Virus record (IMG/VR): IMGVR_UViG_3300030451_005868
Location: 1-64,000 of that record
DNA length: 64,000 bases
Origin: a virus
Direction: 5' to 3' (one strand)
Positions within the stretch are counted from its first letter, which is position 1. Each line of letters starts with the position of its first letter. The notes beneath the pieces were generated by a model. It saw only the letters and a list, made by a program, of their open reading frames with translations. It was not told where the DNA came from and ran no database searches. This document shows positions 19,102-28,243 of this stretch, one piece after another. Both the position numbers and the translations under genes were made by a program.

Positions 19102-20394
19102 ATGTTAGATAAACTCTTTGGTTTGACAAAAGCCAAGACTTCAGTGAAAACTGAAATCATGGCCGGAGTCGCCACTTTCCTAACAATGGCTTATATCACA
19201 GTGGTCAATCCTGCAATACTTTCTACAGAAGGTTCAGGAATGGACTTTGGTGCTGTATTCACAGCAACAATAATCGCCGCAGTGGTAGGGACATTGATTA
19301 TGGGGTTATGGGCCAATTGGCCTGTAGCATTAGCACCAGGTATGGGACTGAATGCGTTCTTTACATTTGGTGTGATCTTTGGAATGGGATATACTTTTCA
19401 ACAGGCACTAGCCGCTGTATTTGTAGCGGGTGTTGTGTTTATTGTTTTGTCAGTAACACCTGCCAGAAAGTATATTATTAATTCTATTCCGAAGAGTATG
19501 AAACTTGGAGTTGGAGCCGGTATAGGATTATTCCTTGCCATAATTGGTTTCAAAAATGCAGGCATAGTAGTAGATAATCCTGCAACTCTAGTAGGACTTG
19601 GAGATATTTCCAGTTGGCCTGTGCTATTAGCAGGTTTAGGTTTTGCTGTAATGGCAATTCTAGACAAAAGAAAGATTCCAGGTGCAATCATAATCGGAAT
19701 ACTAGCAGTCAGTGTCATTGCTTGGGTATTTGGAGTGTCTGATCTAAATGGAGTTGCTGGTGCTATACCTAGTCCGGCTCATGCTTTCAGTTTAGATTTC
19801 AGTCTGATTGCAACAGCAGGATTTATTGGTACAGCATTTGCATTCTTGTTTGTGGACTTTATGGACACAGCAGGTACTTTGACTTCAGTTGCTAACCTTA
19901 CAGGCAAAGTCAACAAAAACGGAGAAGTGGAAGGTATTGACAGAGCGTTGCTTTCGGATTCCGTTGCAACATCTGTTGGTGCACTTGCGGGAACATCAAA
20001 CACTACATCATATATTGAGAGTGGTGCTGGTATCAAAGAAGGTGGAAAAACTGGATTGACGGCAGTGACAGTTGCAGTGCTATTTTTGGCCTGTCTGTTC
20101 TTTGCTCCGTTGGCCCAAAGTATTCCAGCGTTCGCAACTGCTCCGGCATTGATATTCATCGCGACATATTTCTTGAGAAATCTTAAGGACATCGATTGGG
20201 ATGATGTAAGTGAATACGCACCGGCCGTACTAGCGGCTGTGATAATGCCTTTGACATTTAGTATTGCCTACGGTATTGCGTTAGGATTTATTGCTTATGT
20301 GGTCATCAAGGCTCTAAGTGGTAAACACGCTGAATTGAACGGCGGCAGTCTTGCAATCGCGGCAGTAAGTTTATTATACTTCATAGCCGTATAA
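19102..20394 (+). CDS. NCS2-family (AzgA/PbuG/GhxP-like) guanine/hypoxanthine permease
   Basis: 'EIMAGVATFLTMAYI.VVNP.IL', 'APGMGLNAFF', 'DTAGT', 'GTSNTTSYIESGAGI..GG.TGLTA', 'MPLTFSIAYGIA.GFI'; many TM helices. Confidence 0.93.
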   Translation: MLDKLFGLTKAKTSVKTEIMAGVATFLTMAYITVVNPAILSTEGSGMDFGAVFTATIIAAVVGTLIMGLWANWPVALAPGMGLNAFFTFGVIFGMGYTFQQALAAVFVAGVVFIVLSVTPARKYIINSIPKSMKLGVGAGIGLFLAIIGFKNAGIVVDNPATLVGLGDISSWPVLLAGLGFAVMAILDKRKIPGAIIIGILAVSVIAWVFGVSDLNGVAGAIPSPAHAFSLDFSLIATAGFIGTAFAFLFVDFMDTAGTLTSVANLTGKVNKNGEVEGIDRALLSDSVATSVGALAGTSNTTSYIESGAGIKEGGKTGLTAVTVAVLFLACLFFAPLAQSIPAFATAPALIFIATYFLRNLKDIDWDDVSEYAPAVLAAVIMPLTFSIAYGIALGFIAYVVIKALSGKHAELNGGSLAIAAVSLLYFIAV

Positions 20395-20399
20395 GTTAC

Positions 20400-20423
20400 A
20401 TGGGGGAATTAATTTTCCCCCAT
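20400..20423 (+). terminator. GC-rich hairpin after the permease (possible terminator or RNA-stabilising stem)
   Basis: ATGGGGGAA-TTAATT-TTCCCCCAT: perfect 9-bp stem with 6-nt loop just after the stop at 20394; no clear U-tract. Confidence 0.5.
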
Positions 20424-20446
20424 TCACAAAATATCTAAATAAAATT

Positions 20447-21139
20447 ATGTTAATCATTCCAGACCTAGTAAATGTTACTCGTTACTTTAAGGGTATGGAT
20501 AACCTTGAAAGATGTAAAGATAAAAAACATTGGCTTGATTACAATAAAAAAATTACATACAAATATAATTCAAGAGGATTCAGAGATGATGAATGGCCAG
20601 CAGATTTGTCAAATGTCATATGGTGTGTAGGTGATAGTTTTACTGTGGGTATAGGACAGCCTTTTAAAGAAATATGGCCGCGTTTATTACAAACCAAAAT
20701 TGGAAAACGATGCTTGAATATTTCCCGAGACGGTATGAGCAATGATACAATAGCATTAATGATAAAAGAAATAGTCAACACTTACAATCCAAAAAATGTT
20801 GTGGTCATGTGGAGTTACTTTCATAGAAGAAGAGTAAACGACCTCGATGTACACCATAATAAAAATGATTTTGGCGTTAAACAGGATCTTGAAAATTTTT
20901 GTAAAAATTACAAATCTGTAGAAAAATTACCTACAAACATAATACATACACTAATTCCAAATGCTTTTATGCATGATAGAAACTTTACCAAGTATGCAAT
21001 TGATAAACAACTTACAAAAAAAACTGAAATTATAGAGTGCCAACAATTAGACAGGGGAAGAGATGGAAGTCATTTTGATATCAAAACAAGTGAACTTATA
21101 TCAACAGAGATTACAAAACTTTTGAAAGATGATATATAA
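20447..21139 (+). CDS. SGNH/GDSL-like hydrolase or acyltransferase
   Basis: 'YKYNSRGFRD', block I 'VGDSFTVG.G', 'GMSND', 'VVMWSY', block V 'RDGSH'. Confidence 0.7.
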   Translation: MLIIPDLVNVTRYFKGMDNLERCKDKKHWLDYNKKITYKYNSRGFRDDEWPADLSNVIWCVGDSFTVGIGQPFKEIWPRLLQTKIGKRCLNISRDGMSNDTIALMIKEIVNTYNPKNVVVMWSYFHRRRVNDLDVHHNKNDFGVKQDLENFCKNYKSVEKLPTNIIHTLIPNAFMHDRNFTKYAIDKQLTKKTEIIECQQLDRGRDGSHFDIKTSELISTEITKLLKDDI

Positions 21140-21140
21140 T

Positions 21141-21169
21141 TTGACAAAACATCTAAATAATTATATAAT
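21141..21169 (+). promoter_or_regulatory. perfect sigma70 consensus promoter TTGACA-N17-TATAAT
   Basis: -35 at 21141-21146, -10 at 21164-21169; 11 nt to ATG 21181. Confidence 0.8.
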
Positions 21170-21180
21170 AAGATTACATT

Positions 21181-21579
21181 ATGGGAAACATAGCAGGAAA
21201 AATTTGGGGACAAACAGAACTTATTTTAGCAAATAGTTCTTGTGAATTTCACAGAATAGATTTTGTAAAAGGTGGTGTGTGTTCCAAACACAAACACGAA
21301 TGGAAATGGAATGGTTTCTACGTAATGGAAGGCGAGATGAAAATCCGTGTATGGCAAAAAGACTACGACTTAATAGACGAAACCATACTTAAAGCCGGTG
21401 ACTTCACAGCAGTAAAACCAGGACTATATCATTCTTTTGAAGGATTGGAGTCGGGAGTTGCGTTTGAATTATACTGGGCGGAATTCAGACACAACGATAT
21501 AGTTAGAGAATCAGTAGGTCATTTAAAATCCAGTAACGTAGTAAGACTAGATAAAAAAAATGACAAATCAAGAAAATAA
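21181..21579 (+). CDS. cupin-fold protein (sugar-isomerase-like)
   Basis: 'KIWG.TELI', 'SKHKH..KWNGFYV..G', 'LKAGD...VKPGLYHSF' cupin motifs. Confidence 0.75.
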   Translation: MGNIAGKIWGQTELILANSSCEFHRIDFVKGGVCSKHKHEWKWNGFYVMEGEMKIRVWQKDYDLIDETILKAGDFTAVKPGLYHSFEGLESGVAFELYWAEFRHNDIVRESVGHLKSSNVVRLDKKNDKSRK

Positions 21580-21611
21580 AATTTTAAACCACAACAAACT
21601 GGAGTTTTGTT

Positions 21612-22037
21612 TTGGCTGACATCTATACAATTTACGCAGATCACAAAGAAGACATCAGTGCTCAAGATTTTGTTGCCAAGATGACTTTATTCTTGGACAA
21701 ATTAGTGCAACACAAAAAAATGATTTGTTATAGGATCACAAGAATGAAATTAGGTTTTAGATCTATGGATCTGCCAGAGTTTAGGATAGACATGGAATTT
21801 GAAAACATGCAACAGTTGGATGATGCTATGACCACTACTATTGCTGACAAAGGAATAGACAAGGTTCATGTTGGATTCAATCAATATGTAAACACAGACA
21901 CAATTCAACACTTTTTGTACAGAGATTTTCCAGACAACCTAAATACCAAAAAGTTGACAAAAACACAAGAAGCATTTACAATAGATGAAGTCGTACAGGC
22001 AACAAAAAATATAAAACCAGATTTATGGAAAAATTAA
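21612..22037 (+). CDS. hypothetical protein, probable ferredoxin-like/dimeric alpha-beta barrel
   Basis: TTG start with GGAG at 21601-21604; 'YRITRMKLGF..LPEFRIDMEFENMQQLDDA...H...LYRDFPD'. Confidence 0.55.
   Translation: MADIYTIYADHKEDISAQDFVAKMTLFLDKLVQHKKMICYRITRMKLGFRSMDLPEFRIDMEFENMQQLDDAMTTTIADKGIDKVHVGFNQYVNTDTIQHFLYRDFPDNLNTKKLTKTQEAFTIDEVVQATKNIKPDLWKN
21954..21982 (+). promoter_or_regulatory. intragenic sigma70-type promoter TTGACA-N17-TACAAT upstream of queE
   Basis: -35 at 21954-21959, -10 at 21977-21982, about 40 nt before the queE ATG. Confidence 0.55.
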
Positions 22038-22912
22038 GATATTCAGAGATATTTTATTCTGTGCAGGGCGAAGGCAGATTTGTGGGTGTGCCAAGTGTGT
22101 TCTTTAGAGTGTTTGGTTGCAACTTCAATTGTCATGGGTTTGGACAGGGCAGAGACAAAAGCAAATGGTTAAAGCCTGAAGAGATGCCTTACATGACACA
22201 GGACTTGTCACATGTCAAGCACGTGAGAGATCTGCCTGTAGTAGAAATAGGTTGTGATGCTTCAGCCAGTTGGGCATCAAGATACAAACATCTTGTTAGT
22301 TGGGACAGTGTGGAAAAGATAGCCACTGACGTAACAGCATACACGCCTGAGAATCGATGGACATGTAGCAACGGAAAAGATGTGCATTTCATAATCACCG
22401 GAGGCGAGCCTATGCTGTGGCAGAGAGAAACACAACAATTGTTAAGACAACCAGCGTTCAATGACTTGAAGAATCTCACAATTGAAACCAATTGCACACA
22501 GGCCTTCAAAGCAGATTTCCAAAGATTTTTGCATGGACTGGTTGCAGGCGATTACACAAAAGATCCTGTACACATCACTTGGTCCACTTCGCCAAAACTC
22601 ACAATATCCGGAGAGGCATGGAACAAGGCCATCAAGCCGGATGTGGCGAGACAGTATGCAGAAATACCAAACTCACACTTGTATTTTAAATTTGTCATAC
22701 AAGACGAACAAGATTTGGTAGAAGTAGACAAAGCCAGAGAATTGTATGCTAAAGCAGGTGTAGACGCAGATATATATTTGATGCCAGTTGGTGCAACACA
22801 AGAAGGTCAGGCAAAAACCAGTAGACAAGTGGCAGATATTTGTTTACAATATGGTTACAAATATTCACCAAGATTACACGTGGATTTATTTGGAAACAAA
22901 TGGGGAACATAA
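22025..22912 (+). CDS. queE: 7-carboxy-7-deazaguanine synthase (radical SAM)
   Basis: 'EIFYSVQGEG..VGVPSVFFR..GCNFNC...GCD', 'ITGGEP', 'IETN', 'SPK', 'KFV', 'YLMPVG', 'SPRLHVDLFGN'. Confidence 0.92.
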   Translation: MEKLRYSEIFYSVQGEGRFVGVPSVFFRVFGCNFNCHGFGQGRDKSKWLKPEEMPYMTQDLSHVKHVRDLPVVEIGCDASASWASRYKHLVSWDSVEKIATDVTAYTPENRWTCSNGKDVHFIITGGEPMLWQRETQQLLRQPAFNDLKNLTIETNCTQAFKADFQRFLHGLVAGDYTKDPVHITWSTSPKLTISGEAWNKAIKPDVARQYAEIPNSHLYFKFVIQDEQDLVEVDKARELYAKAGVDADIYLMPVGATQEGQAKTSRQVADICLQYGYKYSPRLHVDLFGNKWGT

Positions 22913-23232
22913 TGAAGGTTAAAAAAACAAAAAACAGCAAAGCAAAGTCAAAAAAGGGCACAAAGAAAAGCGAAGAGCCTATGGTCAAGGTTCTTAATAT
23001 GAACGTAAATCCAGATAATCCAAGAAATGGATTTTTTGAATTGGATTGGAATGACGAATTTGTTAACATGCTCACACAACACGGATATCAAGGAGAGTCG
23101 CAGGAAGAGATAGTTGATAGATGGTTCCAAACTCTTTGTAGAACGATTGGCAATGAGCAGGGCATAGATGTTACAGGTTCTGGATATGTGCAAGTAAACA
23201 GAAGAGAAGACGGCAAAACTGAAATATCCTAG
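22912..23232 (+). CDS. hypothetical phage protein
   Basis: TAATG coupling with queE; 'NPRNGFFELDWN..FV..L...GY.G...EEIVDRWF' motif. Confidence 0.6.
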   Translation: MKVKKTKNSKAKSKKGTKKSEEPMVKVLNMNVNPDNPRNGFFELDWNDEFVNMLTQHGYQGESQEEIVDRWFQTLCRTIGNEQGIDVTGSGYVQVNRREDGKTEIS

Positions 23233-23261
23233 TAGACATATAATCATACCTGTGTTATAAT
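23233..23261 (+). promoter_or_regulatory. sigma70-type promoter TAGACA-N17-TATAAT with extended -10 (likely leaderless)
   Basis: -35 at 23233-23238, TGtTATAAT ending 23261, 5 nt before ATG 23267. Confidence 0.65.
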
Positions 23262-23266
23262 TGCAT

Positions 23267-24253
23267 ATGACTCATATATTAGTGGACACAGCAAATACAT
23301 TCTTTAGAGCAAGACATGTGATCAGAGGTGATACTTCTGAAAAAATTGGCATGGCCATACATATTATGATGAATTCAATCAAAAAAGCCTGGCAGGACTT
23401 TGATGGCACACACGTTATATTTTGCTTAGAAGGACGTAGTTGGCGTAAGGATCATTATGCACCCTACAAACGCAATAGAAAAGATGCCGTTGATGCCATG
23501 ACCACACAGGAAAAAGAAGAAAACGAAGTATTTTGGGAATGTTATGATGACTTTTGCAAATTTATTACAGAAAAGACTAATGTTACTGTGTTGAGAAATC
23601 CAAGAACAGAAGCAGACGACTTGATTGCACGTTGGATTGACAGGCATCCTGATCAATCACATGTGATAGTCAGCACAGACAAAGACTTGAATCAGTTAGT
23701 AAAGCCTGGTGTGAAACAATATAACGGCGTTACAGAACAAACAATGACACATGAAGGATGGTTTGACAAAAAAGGCAATCCTGTGATAGACAAAAAAACT
23801 AAAGCACCAAAGCCTGCACCAGATCCAGAGTGGATCGTGTTTGAAAAAGCCATGAGAGGTGATCCAAGTGATAATATTTTTAGTGCATATCCTGGTGTAA
23901 GAACAAAAGGTACAAAAAACAAAATAGGACTACAAGAAGCCTTTGCTGATCGTAATGAAAAAGGATACACTTGGAACAATTTAATGCTGAGTAAATGGGT
24001 TGATCCAGAAGGAAAAGAACATAGAGTGCTAGAAGATTATGAAAGAAATAAATTGCTTGTAGATCTACACGCACAACCAGAAGCAATAGTTGAAGAATTA
24101 GATCAAACGATAGATCAAGCCAAGGCAGAAAATAAAAGCATAAGCCAAGTTGGAATCAGATTCATGAAGTTTTGTGCCAAGTATGATTTAAATAAAATTA
24201 GTGAGCAGGCTCAGTTGTATGTTGAGCCATTTAATGCGAGGTTAGGTGTATGA
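23267..24253 (+). CDS. rnh: T4 RNase H-like 5'-3' exonuclease / flap endonuclease
   Basis: 'ILVDTAN', 'SWRK...YK.NR', 'EADDLIA', 'VSTDKDL.QL', 'GDPSDNI...PGV'. Confidence 0.88.
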   Translation: MTHILVDTANTFFRARHVIRGDTSEKIGMAIHIMMNSIKKAWQDFDGTHVIFCLEGRSWRKDHYAPYKRNRKDAVDAMTTQEKEENEVFWECYDDFCKFITEKTNVTVLRNPRTEADDLIARWIDRHPDQSHVIVSTDKDLNQLVKPGVKQYNGVTEQTMTHEGWFDKKGNPVIDKKTKAPKPAPDPEWIVFEKAMRGDPSDNIFSAYPGVRTKGTKNKIGLQEAFADRNEKGYTWNNLMLSKWVDPEGKEHRVLEDYERNKLLVDLHAQPEAIVEELDQTIDQAKAENKSISQVGIRFMKFCAKYDLNKISEQAQLYVEPFNARLGV

Positions 24254-24762
24254 CAGTAAGAGCAAAAACACTTGTAAAAGATAAATTTTGGATTGTGGAG
24301 CAGAACGGACAAAAGTTAGGCACTCTACAAAAACAAGAAGGCAATGGTTGGATATTTCTTAGCAAAAAAGATTCAAGACAAGTTTTCCATACAAAAGAAA
24401 GTCTTTTTACACGTTTTGGATTTAACATTTTTGACAAAGCAAATGAAGTTAAAAGCGAGGCGTTAGAACAGACAGACAACTTTGATGTGCATGGATATCC
24501 AAGTAGTCAACATCCATACAATCCAATGTTTGATGTTCAAAAGCAGTTGCCTGTTTACACTAAAACACCAAAATCAAAAAGTCAATTTTGTGCAGGTTAC
24601 TACATAATCTGTTTTGAAAAGGGATGGCGTAAGGCATACTGTCCAAAAATGATAACCTTATCACGATATCCATACAAAGGACCAATGAAAACAAAACTAG
24701 AAATGCAACAGGTATTAAACAATGCAGTCAAAGAGTTCCAAAATACAAACACGTCCAATTGA
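24250..24762 (+). CDS. hypothetical phage protein
   Basis: 170 aa; ATGA overlap with rnh. Confidence 0.6.
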   Translation: MTVRAKTLVKDKFWIVEQNGQKLGTLQKQEGNGWIFLSKKDSRQVFHTKESLFTRFGFNIFDKANEVKSEALEQTDNFDVHGYPSSQHPYNPMFDVQKQLPVYTKTPKSKSQFCAGYYIICFEKGWRKAYCPKMITLSRYPYKGPMKTKLEMQQVLNNAVKEFQNTNTSN

Positions 24763-24979
24763 AGATTTTCTTGGCAGAGTTAGAACACTCAGGCAACAAG
24801 GACAAAAACAGATTATAATTCAAGCCGCTGAAGCAGATCGGTTGGCAGATAGTCTTAGTCAAGTAATGACTAGGTTGGCAGGTATACAAGAGGAAGTCAT
24901 AGACGCACTAAAGACCGCCCAGCAGGCCCAAACAGTAGACATCGAAATGGACGGTGGCGACTTTAAAAAAAGCAAGTAA
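24722..24979 (+). CDS. hypothetical protein
   Basis: 85 aa, helical, ending 'IEMDGGDF'. Confidence 0.55.
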   Translation: MQSKSSKIQTRPIEDFLGRVRTLRQQGQKQIIIQAAEADRLADSLSQVMTRLAGIQEEVIDALKTAQQAQTVDIEMDGGDFKKSK

Positions 24980-25019
24980 TCACTAGCATTAAATTTTTTG
25001 GTAAATATAGTTATAAACT

Positions 25020-25307
25020 ATGAGTAGACCAAAACCAACAGTGCTGTTGCAACACAGCAATAAAACCACGTTCAAATTGGACGAGGTGTTAGCCGCTGAA
25101 GGAATATGGGCAGTGTTCTATGACGGAAAACCCATAAACCTTAAGTCGTCTAGCCTCGTGGCTAATTATCCAGGTCCAAAATACAAAAAGGTTAGTTTTT
25201 CAAATCCTGGACATGCAGAAAATCTAGCCAAAAAGTTGAACGCTCAACACAACACCGATAAATTTGGTGTATATCTTTTAAAAACTGGCGATAAATTCTC
25301 AAGATAA
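25020..25307 (+). CDS. hypothetical phage protein
   Basis: 95 aa 'MSRPKPTVLL...GPKYKKVSFSNPGHA.NLAKKLN'; TAAATA at 25002-25007 upstream. Confidence 0.65.
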   Translation: MSRPKPTVLLQHSNKTTFKLDEVLAAEGIWAVFYDGKPINLKSSSLVANYPGPKYKKVSFSNPGHAENLAKKLNAQHNTDKFGVYLLKTGDKFSR

Positions 25308-25315
25308 TTAAGTGT

Positions 25316-25711
25316 ATGGATGTAAAGACAGCCTACACAAGAACCTTCTTGATGCTGAAAGACCAGCCAACACATGATGAAAGTGTGAAAGCCAGTTACT
25401 TTGCCTGGTGGCAGAATGTGCGTGAAAGTTACCAAGCACGTAGCCTTAGACTTACCAAACTTGGTTTAGAGTGGATCCAATCCTGTGACATCAAATGTTA
25501 TGAGATCAAATTTCCTGCAAAAATAATATTCACACCACAAACATATCTATGGTTAGATGAATTTGTTGACTGTCCATATTATGTAGACAAAAAAAGAATA
25601 CTAGTGACCATGGAAAAAATGGCTCTACAGTTGATGATGTTTGCAGGAGATATTACAAAATACGGTCTAGCACGGGCAATGAGCAAAGCGGACGAACAAA
25701 AAAGTCAGTAA
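25316..25711 (+). CDS. hypothetical phage protein
   Basis: 131 aa; 'WW.N.R...SLRLT..G' suggests a winged-helix-like wing (weak). Confidence 0.55.
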   Translation: MDVKTAYTRTFLMLKDQPTHDESVKASYFAWWQNVRESYQARSLRLTKLGLEWIQSCDIKCYEIKFPAKIIFTPQTYLWLDEFVDCPYYVDKKRILVTMEKMALQLMMFAGDITKYGLARAMSKADEQKSQ

Positions 25712-25730
25712 AATAGCGACTTTTAAGCGG

Positions 25731-25758
25731 TTGACCTATAACATATTTCTGCTATAAT
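25731..25758 (+). promoter_or_regulatory. sigma70-type promoter TTGACC-N16-TATAAT with extended -10
   Basis: -35 at 25731-25736, TGcTATAAT at 25750-25758; AGGAG RBS at 25780-25784. Confidence 0.65.
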
Positions 25759-25792
25759 GATTATATAAACATTTAGAACAGGAGTGTACAAA

Positions 25793-26893
25793 ATGGTTAA
25801 GAAAAACAAAGAAACAGCAGTTGGTTCGCAGAACAGAACTGTTACACCAAACGAGGCAAAATCAGCATTAGAACATTGCATAAAATTACAAAGACCCATA
25901 ATGATGTGGGGTGCACCAGGTATTGGTAAGTCAGATATTGTTAAGCAGGTTGCAGATGGCGAGAACAGACCTGTGATTGACATTAGACTTCCATTATGGG
26001 AGCCAACAGACATAAAAGGTATTCCGTATTATAATTCTAAGGAAAATAACATGGTTTGGGCAAGTCCGGCAGAACTGCCAACAGATCCAAAATCCAATGC
26101 GATAGTGTTTTTAGATGAACTTAATTCGGCGGCGCCGGCTGTACAGGCGGCGGCATATCAACTAATATTGAATAGAAGAGTTGGACAATATGTGTTGCCA
26201 GAAGGAGTAGCAATAGTGGCGGCAGGTAACAGAGACTCAGACAAAGGCGTAACATACAGAATGCCGGCACCTTTGGCAAATAGATTTGTACACATTGAAC
26301 TAAGAGTAGACTATGACGATTGGTTACAATGGGCAACAGACAGAAAAATTCATGCAGATGTAGTAGGATACTGCACATTCGCAAAACAGGATTTATATGA
26401 TTTTGATCCAAAAGGATCAAGTAGATCATTTGCAACTCCAAGATCTTGGAGTTTTGTAAGCCAACTTCTATCGGATGACCTGCCAGAAAGTACGCTCACT
26501 GACCTCGTTGCAGGTTGCGTAGGAGAGGGATTGGCCGTTAAATTTATGAATCATCGTAAAGTTAGCGGTCAACTTCCAAATCCGTCCGATATATTGAGCG
26601 GTAAGGTCAAAGACCTTAAGACAAAAGAAATCTCAGCCATGTACTCACTTACTGTGTCGTTGTGTTATGAACTACAACAGGCACACGAAAAGAAAGTGAA
26701 GGATTGGAACGCACAGGCAGACAGGTACTTTAATTACATGATGGACAACTTTGAAACTGAGTTGGTTGTTATGGGTGCCAAAATTGCCTTGACCAACTAC
26801 AAACTTCCGTTTGATCCTAGCAAGTTGAAATCATTTGATAGGTTCCATAAGAAGTTTGGCAAGTATGTCATTACTGCTATGGAGTCTAAATAA
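25793..26893 (+). CDS. MoxR-type AAA+ ATPase
   Basis: Walker A 'GAPGIGKS', Walker B 'VFLDELN', sensor 'AAGN', 'PLANRF', 'TPRSW'; start at ATG 25793 after the RBS. Confidence 0.9.
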   Translation: MVKKNKETAVGSQNRTVTPNEAKSALEHCIKLQRPIMMWGAPGIGKSDIVKQVADGENRPVIDIRLPLWEPTDIKGIPYYNSKENNMVWASPAELPTDPKSNAIVFLDELNSAAPAVQAAAYQLILNRRVGQYVLPEGVAIVAAGNRDSDKGVTYRMPAPLANRFVHIELRVDYDDWLQWATDRKIHADVVGYCTFAKQDLYDFDPKGSSRSFATPRSWSFVSQLLSDDLPESTLTDLVAGCVGEGLAVKFMNHRKVSGQLPNPSDILSGKVKDLKTKEISAMYSLTVSLCYELQQAHEKKVKDWNAQADRYFNYMMDNFETELVVMGAKIALTNYKLPFDPSKLKSFDRFHKKFGKYVITAMESK

Positions 26894-28128
26894 TGGTAGA
26901 TTACAGAGAACAAAAAATCATAGACAAATTAGTCACAGCAAGGATTGCCTTACTACTAAAACATCCGTTTTTTGGTAACCTTGCCACTAGATTAAAACTG
27001 GTCAATGCAGACGATTGGTGTCCAACAGCAGGCACAGATGGTAGACACTTTTTCTACAACACCAAGTTCATAGATAGTCTATCTCCAAGAGAAGCAGAGT
27101 TCTTATTTGGACACGAGGTACTACACAATGTATTTGAACACATGATGGTTAGAATAGGCAGTAGGGATCCGCAACTTTGGAACATTGCGGCAGACTTTGC
27201 AGTGAATCAAATACTCAAGGATGCCAGCATTGGAGAAATGCCTAAAGGCAAAAAGGGCGAGAACAAAGGTTTCCAAGATGACAAATACAAGGACTGGCCA
27301 GCAGAAAGAATCTATGATGACATAATGAAAAACGCCAAGAAGATAGATATGAGTAAGATGGGCGAACTGTTGGACGAGCATGTGGACTGGGGCAAAGAAA
27401 GTGAAGGACAAGGTTCTGGTAAGAAAAATGGTAAAGGAAAAGAAGGCAAAGGCAAACCTGTTTATACAAAAGAAGAACTTAAGAAGATCAGAGACGAAGT
27501 CAAAGAAGCAATGGTCAGTGCCGCACAGAGCACAGGTGCAGGCAACTTGCCAGGTGCATTACAGAGATTGGTTGCAGATCTTACAGAGCCTAAAATGGAC
27601 TGGAGAGAAATACTGCAACAACAGATCATGAGTACTATTAAGAGTGATTATACTTGGATGAGACCGAGCAGAAAGGCTTGGCATACATCTGCCATACTGC
27701 CCGGACAAAACAACGACGAGATGATTGATATCTGTCTTGCATTGGATGCCAGTGGCAGTATCAGCAACGATCAGTGTAAAGAATTTTTGACAGAAGTAAA
27801 AAATATAATGGATCAATACAAAGACTTTCGAATACATCTTTGGAGTTTTGACACAGCGGTATTCAATCCAAAAGTTTTTACTCCTGACAATGCAGATGAA
27901 CTATTGGACTATACACTAGGTTCTGGGGGTGGTACAGAGTTTGAATGCAATTGGGACTATATGAAAGAACAAGGCATAGAACCTAAAAAATTTGTAATGT
28001 TTACAGATGGCTGGCCTTTTGATTCTTGGGGAGATGCGGACTACTGTGACACAATATTTCTTATCAACAATCCATACGAAAGAGACATAGAAGCGCCTTT
28101 TGGAATGACGGTACAGTACAATGATTAA
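26893..28128 (+). CDS. HExxH metallopeptidase-like plus VWA domain protein (DUF2201-like), MoxR partner
   Basis: 'TAGTDG', 'HEVLH', 'WNIAAD..VN', MIDAS 'LDASGS', 'GGGTEF', 'FTDG'. Confidence 0.85.
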   Translation: MVDYREQKIIDKLVTARIALLLKHPFFGNLATRLKLVNADDWCPTAGTDGRHFFYNTKFIDSLSPREAEFLFGHEVLHNVFEHMMVRIGSRDPQLWNIAADFAVNQILKDASIGEMPKGKKGENKGFQDDKYKDWPAERIYDDIMKNAKKIDMSKMGELLDEHVDWGKESEGQGSGKKNGKGKEGKGKPVYTKEELKKIRDEVKEAMVSAAQSTGAGNLPGALQRLVADLTEPKMDWREILQQQIMSTIKSDYTWMRPSRKAWHTSAILPGQNNDEMIDICLALDASGSISNDQCKEFLTEVKNIMDQYKDFRIHLWSFDTAVFNPKVFTPDNADELLDYTLGSGGGTEFECNWDYMKEQGIEPKKFVMFTDGWPFDSWGDADYCDTIFLINNPYERDIEAPFGMTVQYND

Positions 28129-28243
28129 AATGTTTTTTGTTAAGTTAAAAGAACTCATGACAGACTGGATGTATCATCCTGTGACTTTAGCCATAGCAGT
28201 AGTATTATTTTCACTTTTAATATTCGAGGTAGGTATTGGATAA
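28121..28243 (+). CDS. 40-aa membrane peptide (below ORF-track cutoff)
   Basis: MIKMFFVKLKELMTDWMYHPVTLAIAVVLFSLLIFEVGIG; overlaps the upstream stop and is TAATG-coupled to the next gene. Confidence 0.5.
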   Translation: MIKMFFVKLKELMTDWMYHPVTLAIAVVLFSLLIFEVGIG

